From NCBI GenBank assembly GCA_964519245.1, contig CAZFLK010000006.1:12186-76185 (forward strand): DNA of 64,000 nucleotides, in the 5' to 3' direction. Below are positions 10,691 through 19,278 of this stretch, in pieces; position 1 is the first letter of the stretch, and every line of letters begins with the position of its first letter. The notes beneath the pieces were generated by a model. The model did not search any database and had not been told where the DNA came from. It saw only the letters and a list, made by a program, of their open reading frames with translations. The position numbers were made by a program, and so were the translations under genes. Origin of the DNA: an uncultured Verrucomicrobiota bacterium. Its GTDB lineage: Bacteria > Verrucomicrobiota > Verrucomicrobiia > Limisphaerales > JAYPEY01.

Positions 10691-11911
10691 ATGGCACTCA
10701 TCGTTCAGAAATATGGCGGCTCTTCCGTCGCCGATCTCGACCGCATCAAGAACGTCGCCAAACGCGTCGCCAAGTATCACCAACAGGGCGACCAGGTCGT
10801 CGTCGTCGTCTCCGCGATGAAAGGCCAGACCGACCACCTGATCGGCCTCGCCAAGGAATTGACCGACATTCCCAGCGACCGCGAGATGGACATGATCCTC
10901 GCGACCGGCGAGCAAACCAGCATCGCGCTGACGGCGATCGCGCTGCACACCATGGGCGTGCCCGCGGTCTCCCTGACCGGGGCCCAGGCCGGCATTGTCA
11001 CGGACCTCGTCCACACCAAGGCCAAGATCCGCAACATCACCCCGGTGCAGGTGCACAGCCTGCTCGACGCCGGCAACGTCGTCATCGTCGCCGGATTCCA
11101 GGGCCATACGCCCGAAGGACACATCACCACCCTCGGCCGCGGCGGCTCGGACCTCACCGCCATCGCGCTCGCCGCGGCGACCAAGGCCGACCTGTGCCAG
11201 ATCTACACCGACGTCGACGGCGTCTACACCACCGACCCCCGAATTACCGACAAGGCCCAGAAACTGGACGAAATCTCCTACGACGAGATGCTGGAACTGG
11301 CCAGCTCCGGCGCCAAGGTGATGCAATCAAGGTCCGTGGAGTTCGCCAAGAATCACGGCGTCATCTTCGAAGTCCGATCCAGTCTCAACGACAACCCCGG
11401 CACCATTGTGAAGGAAGAAACCAAAAGCATGGAGGACGTCGTCATCCGCGGCGTCTCACTCGACAAGAACCAGGCCAAGATCACGCTCGTCCAGGTCCCC
11501 GACAAACCGGGCGTCGCCGCCACGATCTTCAAGGCGATCTCGGACGCCAGCATCAACGTGGACATGATCGTGCAGAACGTCAGCCACGGAGACGGGAACA
11601 AATCGACTGACATGTCCTTCACGGTCGGCAAGCCGGACCTGGCCAAGGCGCGCAAGATCATCGACGACCTGCACAACGAACTGCAGTTCGGCGAGGTGAT
11701 ACCGGACGAGGACATCGGCATGCTTTCCATTGTCGGCGTCGGCATGAAGAATCACACCGGCGTGGCCACCAAGATGTTCGAGACCCTTTCCCGGGAAGGC
11801 GTCAACATCGAGATGATCTCCACCAGCGAGATCAAGATCTCCGTCGTCGTCCGGCTCGAGGATGGAGAAAAGGCCGTCAAGGCCGTGCACGCGGCGTTTC
11901 TGGAGGCGTGA
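10691..11911 (+). CDS. lysC: aspartate kinase
   Basis: MALIVQKYGGSSV start, amino-acid kinase core, two C-terminal ACT-like repeats (ITLVQVPDKPGVAATIF / LSIVGVGMKNHTGVATKMF). Confidence 0.95.
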   Translation: MALIVQKYGGSSVADLDRIKNVAKRVAKYHQQGDQVVVVVSAMKGQTDHLIGLAKELTDIPSDREMDMILATGEQTSIALTAIALHTMGVPAVSLTGAQAGIVTDLVHTKAKIRNITPVQVHSLLDAGNVVIVAGFQGHTPEGHITTLGRGGSDLTAIALAAATKADLCQIYTDVDGVYTTDPRITDKAQKLDEISYDEMLELASSGAKVMQSRSVEFAKNHGVIFEVRSSLNDNPGTIVKEETKSMEDVVIRGVSLDKNQAKITLVQVPDKPGVAATIFKAISDASINVDMIVQNVSHGDGNKSTDMSFTVGKPDLAKARKIIDDLHNELQFGEVIPDEDIGMLSIVGVGMKNHTGVATKMFETLSREGVNIEMISTSEIKISVVVRLEDGEKAVKAVHAAFLEA

Positions 11912-11965
11912 TCCGCTCCAAGTCGGCGTCTTGACACCTTTCCGCGGCGGGCGGATGGTCACCGC

Positions 11966-12226
11966 ATGACATTGGAGTTGGCCAAGGACGTTGAAGAATT
12001 TCTGCAGGCGCAGGTGGAGTCCGGGACCTGTGAGAAGCCCGCCGACCTCGTGAATCATGTTCTCCGAGATCTCCGCAATCGACAGCGGCAGAGTCTTCAA
12101 ACTTCGGCTGAGTTGGAGAAATGGCTCCTCGAGTCCGCAGATTCTCCGGTCTCGTCGCTGGATTCCAAAGACTTCGCAGAAATTCGACACCGGGTTCGCC
12201 AACGGCGCCAGGATGCCGCTTCATGA
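11966..12226 (+). CDS. type II antitoxin, ParD/CopG-like
   Basis: 86 aa. DVEEFLQAQVESGTCEKPADLVNHVLRDLRNR matches the ParD pattern (xxLxxFVxxxVxSGxYxSxSEVVRxALRLL). Its stop overlaps the toxin start (ATGA at 12223-12226). Confidence 0.7.
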   Translation: MTLELAKDVEEFLQAQVESGTCEKPADLVNHVLRDLRNRQRQSLQTSAELEKWLLESADSPVSSLDSKDFAEIRHRVRQRRQDAAS

Positions 12227-12540
12227 ATGTCCGTAAATCGGACCTCTTTCTCGCGGATGTTGAAGCCCAGTTCGAGTGGTACGTTGATAAAGCGGGATGG
12301 GATGTCGCGGACCGGTACTTGAACGCCGTCGAATCAACATGCGGCTTGTTGGGGAACCATCCAAGACTCGGGCCGAACGTTTCGTTTCAACACCCAAGGC
12401 TGAAAGAATGGCGTTTCTTCCCAATTTCCTCACCCTTCGACAAACACGTTCTGTTCTACGAAATGGAGGGCAATGACGTGATCATCCGGCGTATCATGCA
12501 CGGTCAAAGAAACCTTCCGAAGCGGCTCCTTGGCGCCTGA
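12223..12540 (+). CDS. type II toxin, ParE/RelE family
   Basis: 105 aa from ATG 12223. ...WRFFPISSPFDKHVLFYEMEGNDVIIRRIMHGQRNL is the typical ParE C-terminal pattern. Translationally coupled to the antitoxin. Confidence 0.7.
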   Translation: MNVRKSDLFLADVEAQFEWYVDKAGWDVADRYLNAVESTCGLLGNHPRLGPNVSFQHPRLKEWRFFPISSPFDKHVLFYEMEGNDVIIRRIMHGQRNLPKRLLGA

Positions 12541-12595
12541 AGAAATTGGAAAACCGCATCTCAAGCTTCTTCCAATTACAAATCCCTCCTTCGAC

Positions 12596-14167
12596 TCATT
12601 TCCTCGGCCTCTTCTTGTTCGTCCGCCTGTCCCAATCCTCGAACCGTTTCTTCAGTTCCGCGGCCTTCTGAGGATGGTCTTCGACGAGATTGTTCAACTC
12701 CGTCCCATCCGGTGTGAGGCGGTAGAGCTCCCAGGGCTTTTTGTTTTCACTGACGAATTTCCAGTCACCGATGCGGACGGCCTTGCCTCGGGAATGCTTC
12801 CAGAAGTAGGTCTTCCTTTCGGGAGCCTTGCCGCCCTGCAACGCCGCGACGAGGCTGCGGCCGACCTGCGGGACAATCTTGTTCCCGTTGAACTCCTCCG
12901 GATACTCCGCGCCGGCGAGTTCGATGAAGGTCGGCAACAAATCGGTTACGTGGCAGACCTGCCGGGTGATGTCGCCGCGGGCTGAGATGCCCCTGGGCCA
13001 ATGGGCGATCAGCGGGCTGCGGATGCCGCCCTCATGATCGTGTTGCTTGAACAGACGGAAGGGGGTGTTGCTGGCGTTGGCCCAACCGTAACCGTAGCTC
13101 TGGTAGGTGTTCTCCGGGCCGGGCATGAACCCGGGCAGGTTGCCGGGAATCATCGGGCGGCCATCGCGGGTTTTCACCGGCAGGTAGGCGCCCTTGCGGT
13201 TCCGCGTGTATTCCACATGACAACCGCCATTGTCGTTCTGGTAGAGGATGAGGGTATTGTCCAGTTGGCCGCGGCTGCGCAGCAGTTCGACCACGCGGCC
13301 GATATTGCGATCCATCGAGGTCACCTGCGCGGCGTAGACCTCCATCCGCCTCTCTTGCCAGGCCCTGTGCTCCTCATCCGCCCACGCCGGCACAGCGGGG
13401 TGACGAGGCGACAACGGCCACTCGGAATCGACCAGGCCCATCTTCAACTGGCGCGCGTGCCGTTGCTCGCGGAGCCTGTCCCAGCCCATGGAGTATCGTC
13501 CCCGGTAATGCGCGATGTCCTCCTCCTTCGCATGCAGCGGCCAGTGCGCCGCCGTATACGCAAGGTAGAGGAAGAAGGGCTTGTCCGGCGCTTGCTGGTG
13601 GACGTCATTGAGGAAATGGATCGCGTTGTCGGTAATGGCGTCGGTGTAGTAGTAATCCGGGTCCTCGCGAAACTCGTGTTCCACGTTCTGGTCATCGCGG
13701 CTCAACGACGCCGGCGCAAAGAAGGAACCCGCGCCCAGGTAGGTCCCATACCAATGGTCGAAGCCGCGATCATTCGGCGAGCCCTCCCCTCCCTCATTGG
13801 ACAAATGCCACTTCCCGCTCATCAGGGTCGTATAGCCGGCCTTGCGCAGAAGCTCCGGCGCGGTGACGCAATTGCCGCTGAGACTGGAGCCCCGCTTGGC
13901 CACGCCGGGATAACACCCCGTCATCAGGCTCGCCCGTGCGACAACGCACATGTTGTTGGAATAGTAATTGGCAAAGCGGAGCCCGCCCGCCGCAAGCTGG
14001 TCCAGATGCGGCGTTTCAATCTCACCCCCATAACAGCCCAGGTCCGAATACCCCATGTCGTCCGAGATGATCATGACGATGTTGGGGCGCGGCGCGGCCT
14101 GGAGGGCGAAGGCGAGGACGAACAGGGCGACGGAGGTGAAAGCGCGGATGGAATCGAAGCGGGGCAT
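12596..14167 (-). CDS. type-I sulfatase with non-canonical C-V-V-A-R active-site motif
   Basis: Signal peptide, NIVMIISDDMGYSDLGCYG, then NNMCVVARASLMTG. DNA re-read on the minus strand at 13934-13948: tgc gtt gtc gca cgg. Confidence 0.85.
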   Translation of the reverse strand: MPRFDSIRAFTSVALFVLAFALQAAPRPNIVMIISDDMGYSDLGCYGGEIETPHLDQLAAGGLRFANYYSNNMCVVARASLMTGCYPGVAKRGSSLSGNCVTAPELLRKAGYTTLMSGKWHLSNEGGEGSPNDRGFDHWYGTYLGAGSFFAPASLSRDDQNVEHEFREDPDYYYTDAITDNAIHFLNDVHQQAPDKPFFLYLAYTAAHWPLHAKEEDIAHYRGRYSMGWDRLREQRHARQLKMGLVDSEWPLSPRHPAVPAWADEEHRAWQERRMEVYAAQVTSMDRNIGRVVELLRSRGQLDNTLILYQNDNGGCHVEYTRNRKGAYLPVKTRDGRPMIPGNLPGFMPGPENTYQSYGYGWANASNTPFRLFKQHDHEGGIRSPLIAHWPRGISARGDITRQVCHVTDLLPTFIELAGAEYPEEFNGNKIVPQVGRSLVAALQGGKAPERKTYFWKHSRGKAVRIGDWKFVSENKKPWELYRLTPDGTELNNLVEDHPQKAAELKKRFEDWDRRTNKKRPRK

Positions 14168-14335
14168 GAGCGCAGAATGTTCGGGATGGCGCGCAGCCGC
14201 AAGCCGTCACTCGCGGTGATTTGTAGCAGCCAAGGTGACGAGGCTCACTTCAACGCATGAGCTTACCGCTTTCGCGCGTTACCGCGCGGCAAGCCTCATG
14301 TCAGCCGCCGTGACCGAAGAAGCAGAGCTTCCCCA

Positions 14336-16807
14336 TCACAATCCCGGAATGGGATCGCCCGGCTGCACATCCTCGCCTTCCCAGTTGATCACGCCGTTCT
14401 CCTTGTAGATCAGGATGCGGGAGCGGCTGTTGGGCGCGGGCGGACGGTTGTCCTGGGGCAGGAACTTCTTGTGCTCCGCGACGACCTTCGCGTACTTCGG
14501 ATCGCCGGCGAGATTGGTCCACTCGTTGGGATCGTTCTTCATGTCATACAATTCCTCGGCCCCATCGCCATAGCGGATGTAACGCCAGTTCTCCGAGCGA
14601 ATGCCGTGATTGTGCGCATTGTGCGTGGTGATGGCCGGCCACTGGCGTTCGGCATTGGCGTCGCGCAATTGCGGAATCAATGAATGGCCATGCAGGTCAT
14701 CCTTCTTCGGCAAACCGGTGAGCTCGATCAGGGTGGGATAGATGTCCAACAACTCGGCCGGCTTGCTGCAGCGCTGGCCGGACTTGACGCCGGGCCCCGC
14801 AAAGATCAGGGGAACCCGGGTGCCGTCGTCCCAAAGCGTGTTCTTGCCGGTGATCTCCTTCTCGCCCAGGTGCCAGCCATGGTCGCCCCAGACAACGACG
14901 ATCGTGTTGTCCGCATGGCCGCTCTCCTCGAGCGCATCCAACACCCGACCAAACTGCGAATCCATGAAGCTCACGCAGGCGAGATAGGAACGGACGATGT
15001 TCTTCCACTCGCCAACCTCCTCCAGCCACTTCAACCGCACCTCGGGCAGATACCAATGAAGATACCAGGAGGAGCGCGGCGTGTCCTTGCGGTCGTCGCG
15101 CAGGATCCGCGGAACCATCAACTCGTCCTCGGGATAAAGATCGAACCACTTCTGCGTGGCGAACAGCGGCACATGCGGCAAAAAGAATCCACAGGACATG
15201 AAGAAGGGCTCATCCTCAGGCATCTCCTTCAATTTCTCAGCCGCCCAACTGGCGCAGATGTAATCCCCCTTGTCCTCGTCCTTGTGCGGAAAGGTTCCCC
15301 AGTCGACGAGTCGATGATTGCCGAAGGGCGTCTCAACGAGCTTGCCATTCGGCGGAAAGGGCTTGCCCGTGGCTCCGGGCCCGATTTCCTGGAACTCCTT
15401 GTCCGTCTTCTTCCGGCCGTAACCGCCGTGATAGATCTTGCCGGTCGAATAAGTGTGATAACCGTGCTGCTGCAAGTACTGCGGCAGGCTGACCAGATCC
15501 TTGAACTCCTCGACGTTGCGGATCCAGGGCGCCAGCCCGTAGATGCCGGTGGAATCAGGACGCCGCGAAAACATCAGGCTCGTGCGCGAGGGATTGCACA
15601 ACGGCGACTGGCAATGCGCATTGAGAAACGCCGTGCCGCGGCGGGCCAGCTTGTCGATGTTCGGCGTATAAGCCTGCGGATGCCCGCCCAAGTAACCGAG
15701 CCAGTCGTTCTGGTCGTCGATGGCGATGAAAAGGATGTTGGGCTTCTTGGCTTTGCCGCCCTTCTTCCGCGCCTGAGTCTTTCCCGTAGCCGCGGCATAC
15801 TTCTTCCACTCGCCTTCGATATCCGCCGCCTCGGCGTCGCCCTTGTGCAGGATGACCCGATGGCGCAGCGTGATCTTGTCTCCCTTCTTCAGCGTGAAGG
15901 CGCCGCTCTCGGCATTCTTGTCGAGGCTCTTCGTTCCAAACGGGTTGGCGGTGAACAGCCCGTAGGTCCGCGCATGCCAGGGAGTGGGATGGCGGAAGCT
16001 GCCCGGATGATTGAGGATGGAAACACCCAGCGTCTCGCCCTCGACCGGCCCCCAATAACTGACCCATTCGGCGCGTTTGCCCCAGGCGTCGCCATCCTTG
16101 TCGCCCCGGCTGTTCAAGATGCGGCCGCCCTGCTTGCCGGTGATCGACATCGAGGTCGGCACGCGCACGCTGAAACCGGCGTCTTTCTTGTCATCCAGTT
16201 CGACGTCGCCGTGGCTCGCCATCAAGATGATATCGAAGTCGATGGTCCGGGAATTCGCTCCGGCGGTGAAGGTGAGCGTGCGCTCGTCGGAAAGCAGCTT
16301 GGAGCCATCGGAGCCGACATAATCGTTCTCGCTGACGATCACCGCCTTGTTCTGGTCGGCGTGCAACTTCGTGAACTTGCGATGCACGGTCGGACCGAGC
16401 CCCTTGAGAAACTTCTCGAGGTCCGCCTGCTTCTTGTTCTTGTAGCGCTCCTCGCCGGTCAGCGGCTCATGCCAGGTGTCAAATCCGCCGATGCCCTGGT
16501 GACCGAACCAGATCGAACGATGGTGCGGGTGGTCGTGCTGCTCGCCGTCCACCTTCTTCATCGGGTAATGGCGCGTCATCGACTTGCCGGTCGGACCGAT
16601 GACCGGGTAGAGGAACGGCTTGTTCCCCTGATCCAGCACATACTTGGTGAGGAGCTTGCCGTCCAGATTCACGGTCAGGCCGCTGGCCGTCTCCTTGATT
16701 TCAAAACCTTTTTCGGCGGCCCGGGCGGGCGAAAACGAAAGACCGACGAAGACGGCCGCGCTGAATACAAGGCCGGTGAACTTGGCGATAGGGGAATGAT
16801 TTTTCAT
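14336..16807 (-). CDS. fusion protein: N-terminal DUF6807/PmoA-family domain + C-terminal type-I sulfatase
   Basis: aa ~31-335: KPFLYPVIGPTG...EQHDHPHHRSIWFGH...NHPGSFRHPTPWHARTYGLFTANPF (PmoA/DUF6807 signature). Lys-rich linker. aa ~357-823: NILFIAIDDQNDWLG, C-N-P-S-R in SPLCNPSRTSLM. Confidence 0.8.
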   Translation of the reverse strand: MKNHSPIAKFTGLVFSAAVFVGLSFSPARAAEKGFEIKETASGLTVNLDGKLLTKYVLDQGNKPFLYPVIGPTGKSMTRHYPMKKVDGEQHDHPHHRSIWFGHQGIGGFDTWHEPLTGEERYKNKKQADLEKFLKGLGPTVHRKFTKLHADQNKAVIVSENDYVGSDGSKLLSDERTLTFTAGANSRTIDFDIILMASHGDVELDDKKDAGFSVRVPTSMSITGKQGGRILNSRGDKDGDAWGKRAEWVSYWGPVEGETLGVSILNHPGSFRHPTPWHARTYGLFTANPFGTKSLDKNAESGAFTLKKGDKITLRHRVILHKGDAEAADIEGEWKKYAAATGKTQARKKGGKAKKPNILFIAIDDQNDWLGYLGGHPQAYTPNIDKLARRGTAFLNAHCQSPLCNPSRTSLMFSRRPDSTGIYGLAPWIRNVEEFKDLVSLPQYLQQHGYHTYSTGKIYHGGYGRKKTDKEFQEIGPGATGKPFPPNGKLVETPFGNHRLVDWGTFPHKDEDKGDYICASWAAEKLKEMPEDEPFFMSCGFFLPHVPLFATQKWFDLYPEDELMVPRILRDDRKDTPRSSWYLHWYLPEVRLKWLEEVGEWKNIVRSYLACVSFMDSQFGRVLDALEESGHADNTIVVVWGDHGWHLGEKEITGKNTLWDDGTRVPLIFAGPGVKSGQRCSKPAELLDIYPTLIELTGLPKKDDLHGHSLIPQLRDANAERQWPAITTHNAHNHGIRSENWRYIRYGDGAEELYDMKNDPNEWTNLAGDPKYAKVVAEHKKFLPQDNRPPAPNSRSRILIYKENGVINWEGEDVQPGDPIPGL

Positions 16808-16991
16808 GTCGTTCGAGGTGCGCGAAGCTGAATGTGGCGGTTCTCTTCCCGGAGATCAATGGTTTCGTTGCGGCGCCGATACGGCCCGCCGACTCGCGCC
16901 GGGCTGATGATTCCTTGCTTGCGGCAAACTCCAGATGCAATATTCAAGCCTTGCAGTTCGTCTCAGGAACACGCAGCAGAACAATTTCACC

Positions 16992-18020
16992 ATGAAGATC
17001 AGAGTTGTTTCCAGAATGGGCGGCCCGGCGCTGTTGACGGCGGCCGCAGTGTGGTTCGCCGGTTGCGGCGGCGAGGACGCGTCGACCACAGCTGCGCCGC
17101 CCGTCCGCGGCGAGCCAATCCAGGTCGCGGAAGTCCGGGGCGAACCCATCACGGAGTCCGCCGAAAAACCCATCGTCACCGCGGACACGGAGGCATCCAA
17201 AGCCCCCGCCCCGGATGCCAATATCGAATCGATGGCGGCGGCGCAGGAGTCTGGACCTTCGACCAAACCCGTCACCCCGACAGCCGCGGTCACAGCCGCC
17301 ACGGGCTCCGCAAGCGCGGAAATCACGGTGAACGCGCCTACGTCTGAGATTCCTCCCTCGCCCATGCCCGCCCCGGCGCCGAAACCGGAACCGAAAGCAA
17401 TCGCTGCCAAGACGCCGGCGCCGGAAGCGGCGCCCGTCGCGGGACCGGTGGAAGGGCCCGCCCCGGAACCCAAACCGGAGGCCGTCCAGGCATCCGCGGC
17501 AGCCAAGCCCGCCTCCAATGCCAAACCCGCGACCATCAAGTCAGGCGGCGAGGAATATGCGCAGGTCACCTTCGACCAACTGGCGTCGTTCGAGTACGAG
17601 ATGCCGGACGAATTCGGGGAGGCCGAACCGGCTGAAGATAACAGCGAAACCGCGGAGGCCGGCGCCGATATCACCCCCGCCCCCAAGACCAAGGAAAAAG
17701 ACCAGATCCCAACCAGCGTGCGCCAGTTCAACAACACCCGCGTCGCGCTCGAGGGCTTCATGCTGCCGCTGAAGGTGGAGGACAGCCTCGTCACCGAAAT
17801 GCTGATCATGCGCGACCAATCCATGTGCTGTTTCGGCAGCGTGCCCAAGATCAACGAGTGGGTGAGCATCCGCATGACCGGCAAGGGCGTGAAACCCGTC
17901 ATGGACGAACCCGTCACCATCTACGGCAAGCTCAAGGTCGGCGAGATTCGGGAGAATGGCTACCTGGTCGGCATCTACGAGATGGATGGGGAGCGTCTGG
18001 GGACCCGGATCGATTTCTGA
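16992..18020 (+). CDS. lipoprotein with Ala/Pro-rich linker and C-terminal DUF3299 domain
   Basis: MKIRVVSRMGGPALLTAAAVWFAGC lipobox. C-terminal LEGFMLPL...MRDQSMCCFG...VTIYGKLKVGE typical of DUF3299. Confidence 0.65.
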   Translation: MKIRVVSRMGGPALLTAAAVWFAGCGGEDASTTAAPPVRGEPIQVAEVRGEPITESAEKPIVTADTEASKAPAPDANIESMAAAQESGPSTKPVTPTAAVTAATGSASAEITVNAPTSEIPPSPMPAPAPKPEPKAIAAKTPAPEAAPVAGPVEGPAPEPKPEAVQASAAAKPASNAKPATIKSGGEEYAQVTFDQLASFEYEMPDEFGEAEPAEDNSETAEAGADITPAPKTKEKDQIPTSVRQFNNTRVALEGFMLPLKVEDSLVTEMLIMRDQSMCCFGSVPKINEWVSIRMTGKGVKPVMDEPVTIYGKLKVGEIRENGYLVGIYEMDGERLGTRIDF

Positions 18021-18210
18021 TCGCCTCTCGCGAGCCTCTCTCCGGCGGAACCGCCTTCCTCCCGCCCGGAGACGGTGTTCCCATTGCCGCCGGCCCATGA
18101 TCGTCCGCTCTCTTCAGCGCGGCACAATCAACATTGTGAATGGCGCTGAAGCCGCTTAGGGTGACTCCGAGCGCCAACCGCAGTCGTCATCACAGTCACC
18201 ACCGAGGGTC

Positions 18211-19227
18211 ATGTTCGCCGGAAGATTCGCCCAATACCTGCTCAAGCGGAACCTGCAGCACCTGATTGCGCATGTGACCAATCACTGCAACTTCCGCTGC
18301 CAGCACTGCTTCATCGATTTCTCCCCCAAGCGCGACCTCAAGCTGGAGCATTACCAGAAGCTCGGCCGCCAGGCCGGGAAGCTGTTCTGGCTCGATATCG
18401 CGGGCGGCGAGCCCTTTCTCCGAACCGACATCGCCGACATCGTCGCCTGCTTCGACGCCCGCGTCATCCAGATCCCGACCAACGGCTCCCTGCCGGACCG
18501 CATCATCGAGCGGGTCAAGGAGATGCAGGATCGCATCGACGGCGAGGTCGCGATCTCCTTCAGCCTCGACGGATTGGAGTCCACCCACGAGGAGATCCGC
18601 AAGGCTCCCGGAAACTGGAACCAGGTCTGGGACACCTTCGAGAAACTGCGCGAACTGGGCGGTGTGAACATCAAGATCAACACCTGCCTGCATCAAGGCA
18701 ACGTGGAGGAGATCATCCCCTTGATGGAGGAGGTGCGCGCGCGCAAGCCCGATTTTCATTCCATCATTCTCCTGCGCGGCGAGCCCATGAATCCCGAGGT
18801 CGGCCTCCCGCCCTTTGACATTCTGAATGAGATCGCGCCCAAGATCTTCGAGATTCTCGAAACGTATGACTACGGCCAGGACAAGCTGACCGCGCGCATC
18901 CTGCGCAACTACCACCGCTATCTCTGGAACATTTCCCTGCAGACGATCCGGCAGAAGACCCAGGTGATTCCCTGCCTCGCCGGCAGCGCGCATATGGTGG
19001 TCATGGGCAACGGCGATGTCTCCTCCTGCGAAATGCTGCCGCCGGTCGGCAACGTCAAGGAAACCAGCTTCGCCGAAGTGACCGGCAGCCAGGCCATGCG
19101 CGACCAGGTGCAATCCATCAAGGACAAGCAGTGCTTCTGCACGCACAACTGCGCCATGCTCGACAGCATCCTCTTCCGCCCCGCCAGCATCCCCCACCTG
19201 ATGAGCGAGAAAATCAAACCCGCGTGA
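18211..19227 (+). CDS. radical SAM enzyme with SPASM/twitch-like C-terminal Cys cluster
   Basis: HVTNHCNFRCQHCF (CX3CX2C), GGEPFLR, C-terminal C-x17-C (CLAGSAHMVVMGNGDVSSC) and CFCTHNC. Confidence 0.8.
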   Translation: MFAGRFAQYLLKRNLQHLIAHVTNHCNFRCQHCFIDFSPKRDLKLEHYQKLGRQAGKLFWLDIAGGEPFLRTDIADIVACFDARVIQIPTNGSLPDRIIERVKEMQDRIDGEVAISFSLDGLESTHEEIRKAPGNWNQVWDTFEKLRELGGVNIKINTCLHQGNVEEIIPLMEEVRARKPDFHSIILLRGEPMNPEVGLPPFDILNEIAPKIFEILETYDYGQDKLTARILRNYHRYLWNISLQTIRQKTQVIPCLAGSAHMVVMGNGDVSSCEMLPPVGNVKETSFAEVTGSQAMRDQVQSIKDKQCFCTHNCAMLDSILFRPASIPHLMSEKIKPA

Positions 19228-19278
19228 CGCGGAAACTCCGGAGCTTGAAGCCCGCGCGCTTGCTTTTCTGATCCCGGA

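Noticed and set aside
9165-10697. 510-aa minus-strand ORF. Similar long antisense ORFs at 7281-8672, 13001-14260, 25234-26661, 29415-30767, 30804-32018, 45322-46611 and 62259-63722.
   Set aside because: Each lies opposite a gene with strong family motifs (thrC, sulfatases, ccsA, rho, glyA, RND pump). None shows a motif of its own.
10558-11610. 350-aa Arg/Pro/Gly-rich plus-strand ORF overlapping lysC in another frame
   Set aside because: Aspartate kinase occupies the same strand in a different frame with textbook motifs. The alternative frame is a compositional artefact.
14684-16831. 715-aa plus-strand ORF
   Set aside because: It is antisense to the DUF6807-sulfatase gene, which has unmistakable family motifs. 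The plus-frame product is Arg/Leu/Gly/Ala/Val-rich with no recognisable motif, the typical shadow ORF of GC-rich DNA.
18097-18159. 20-codon ORF MIVRSLQRGTINIVNGAEAA upstream of the radical SAM gene, considered as a RiPP precursor
   Set aside because: No Shine-Dalgarno sequence, no Cys/Ser/Thr-rich core and no leader-like motif. It is mentioned in the cluster finding only as the sole candidate.
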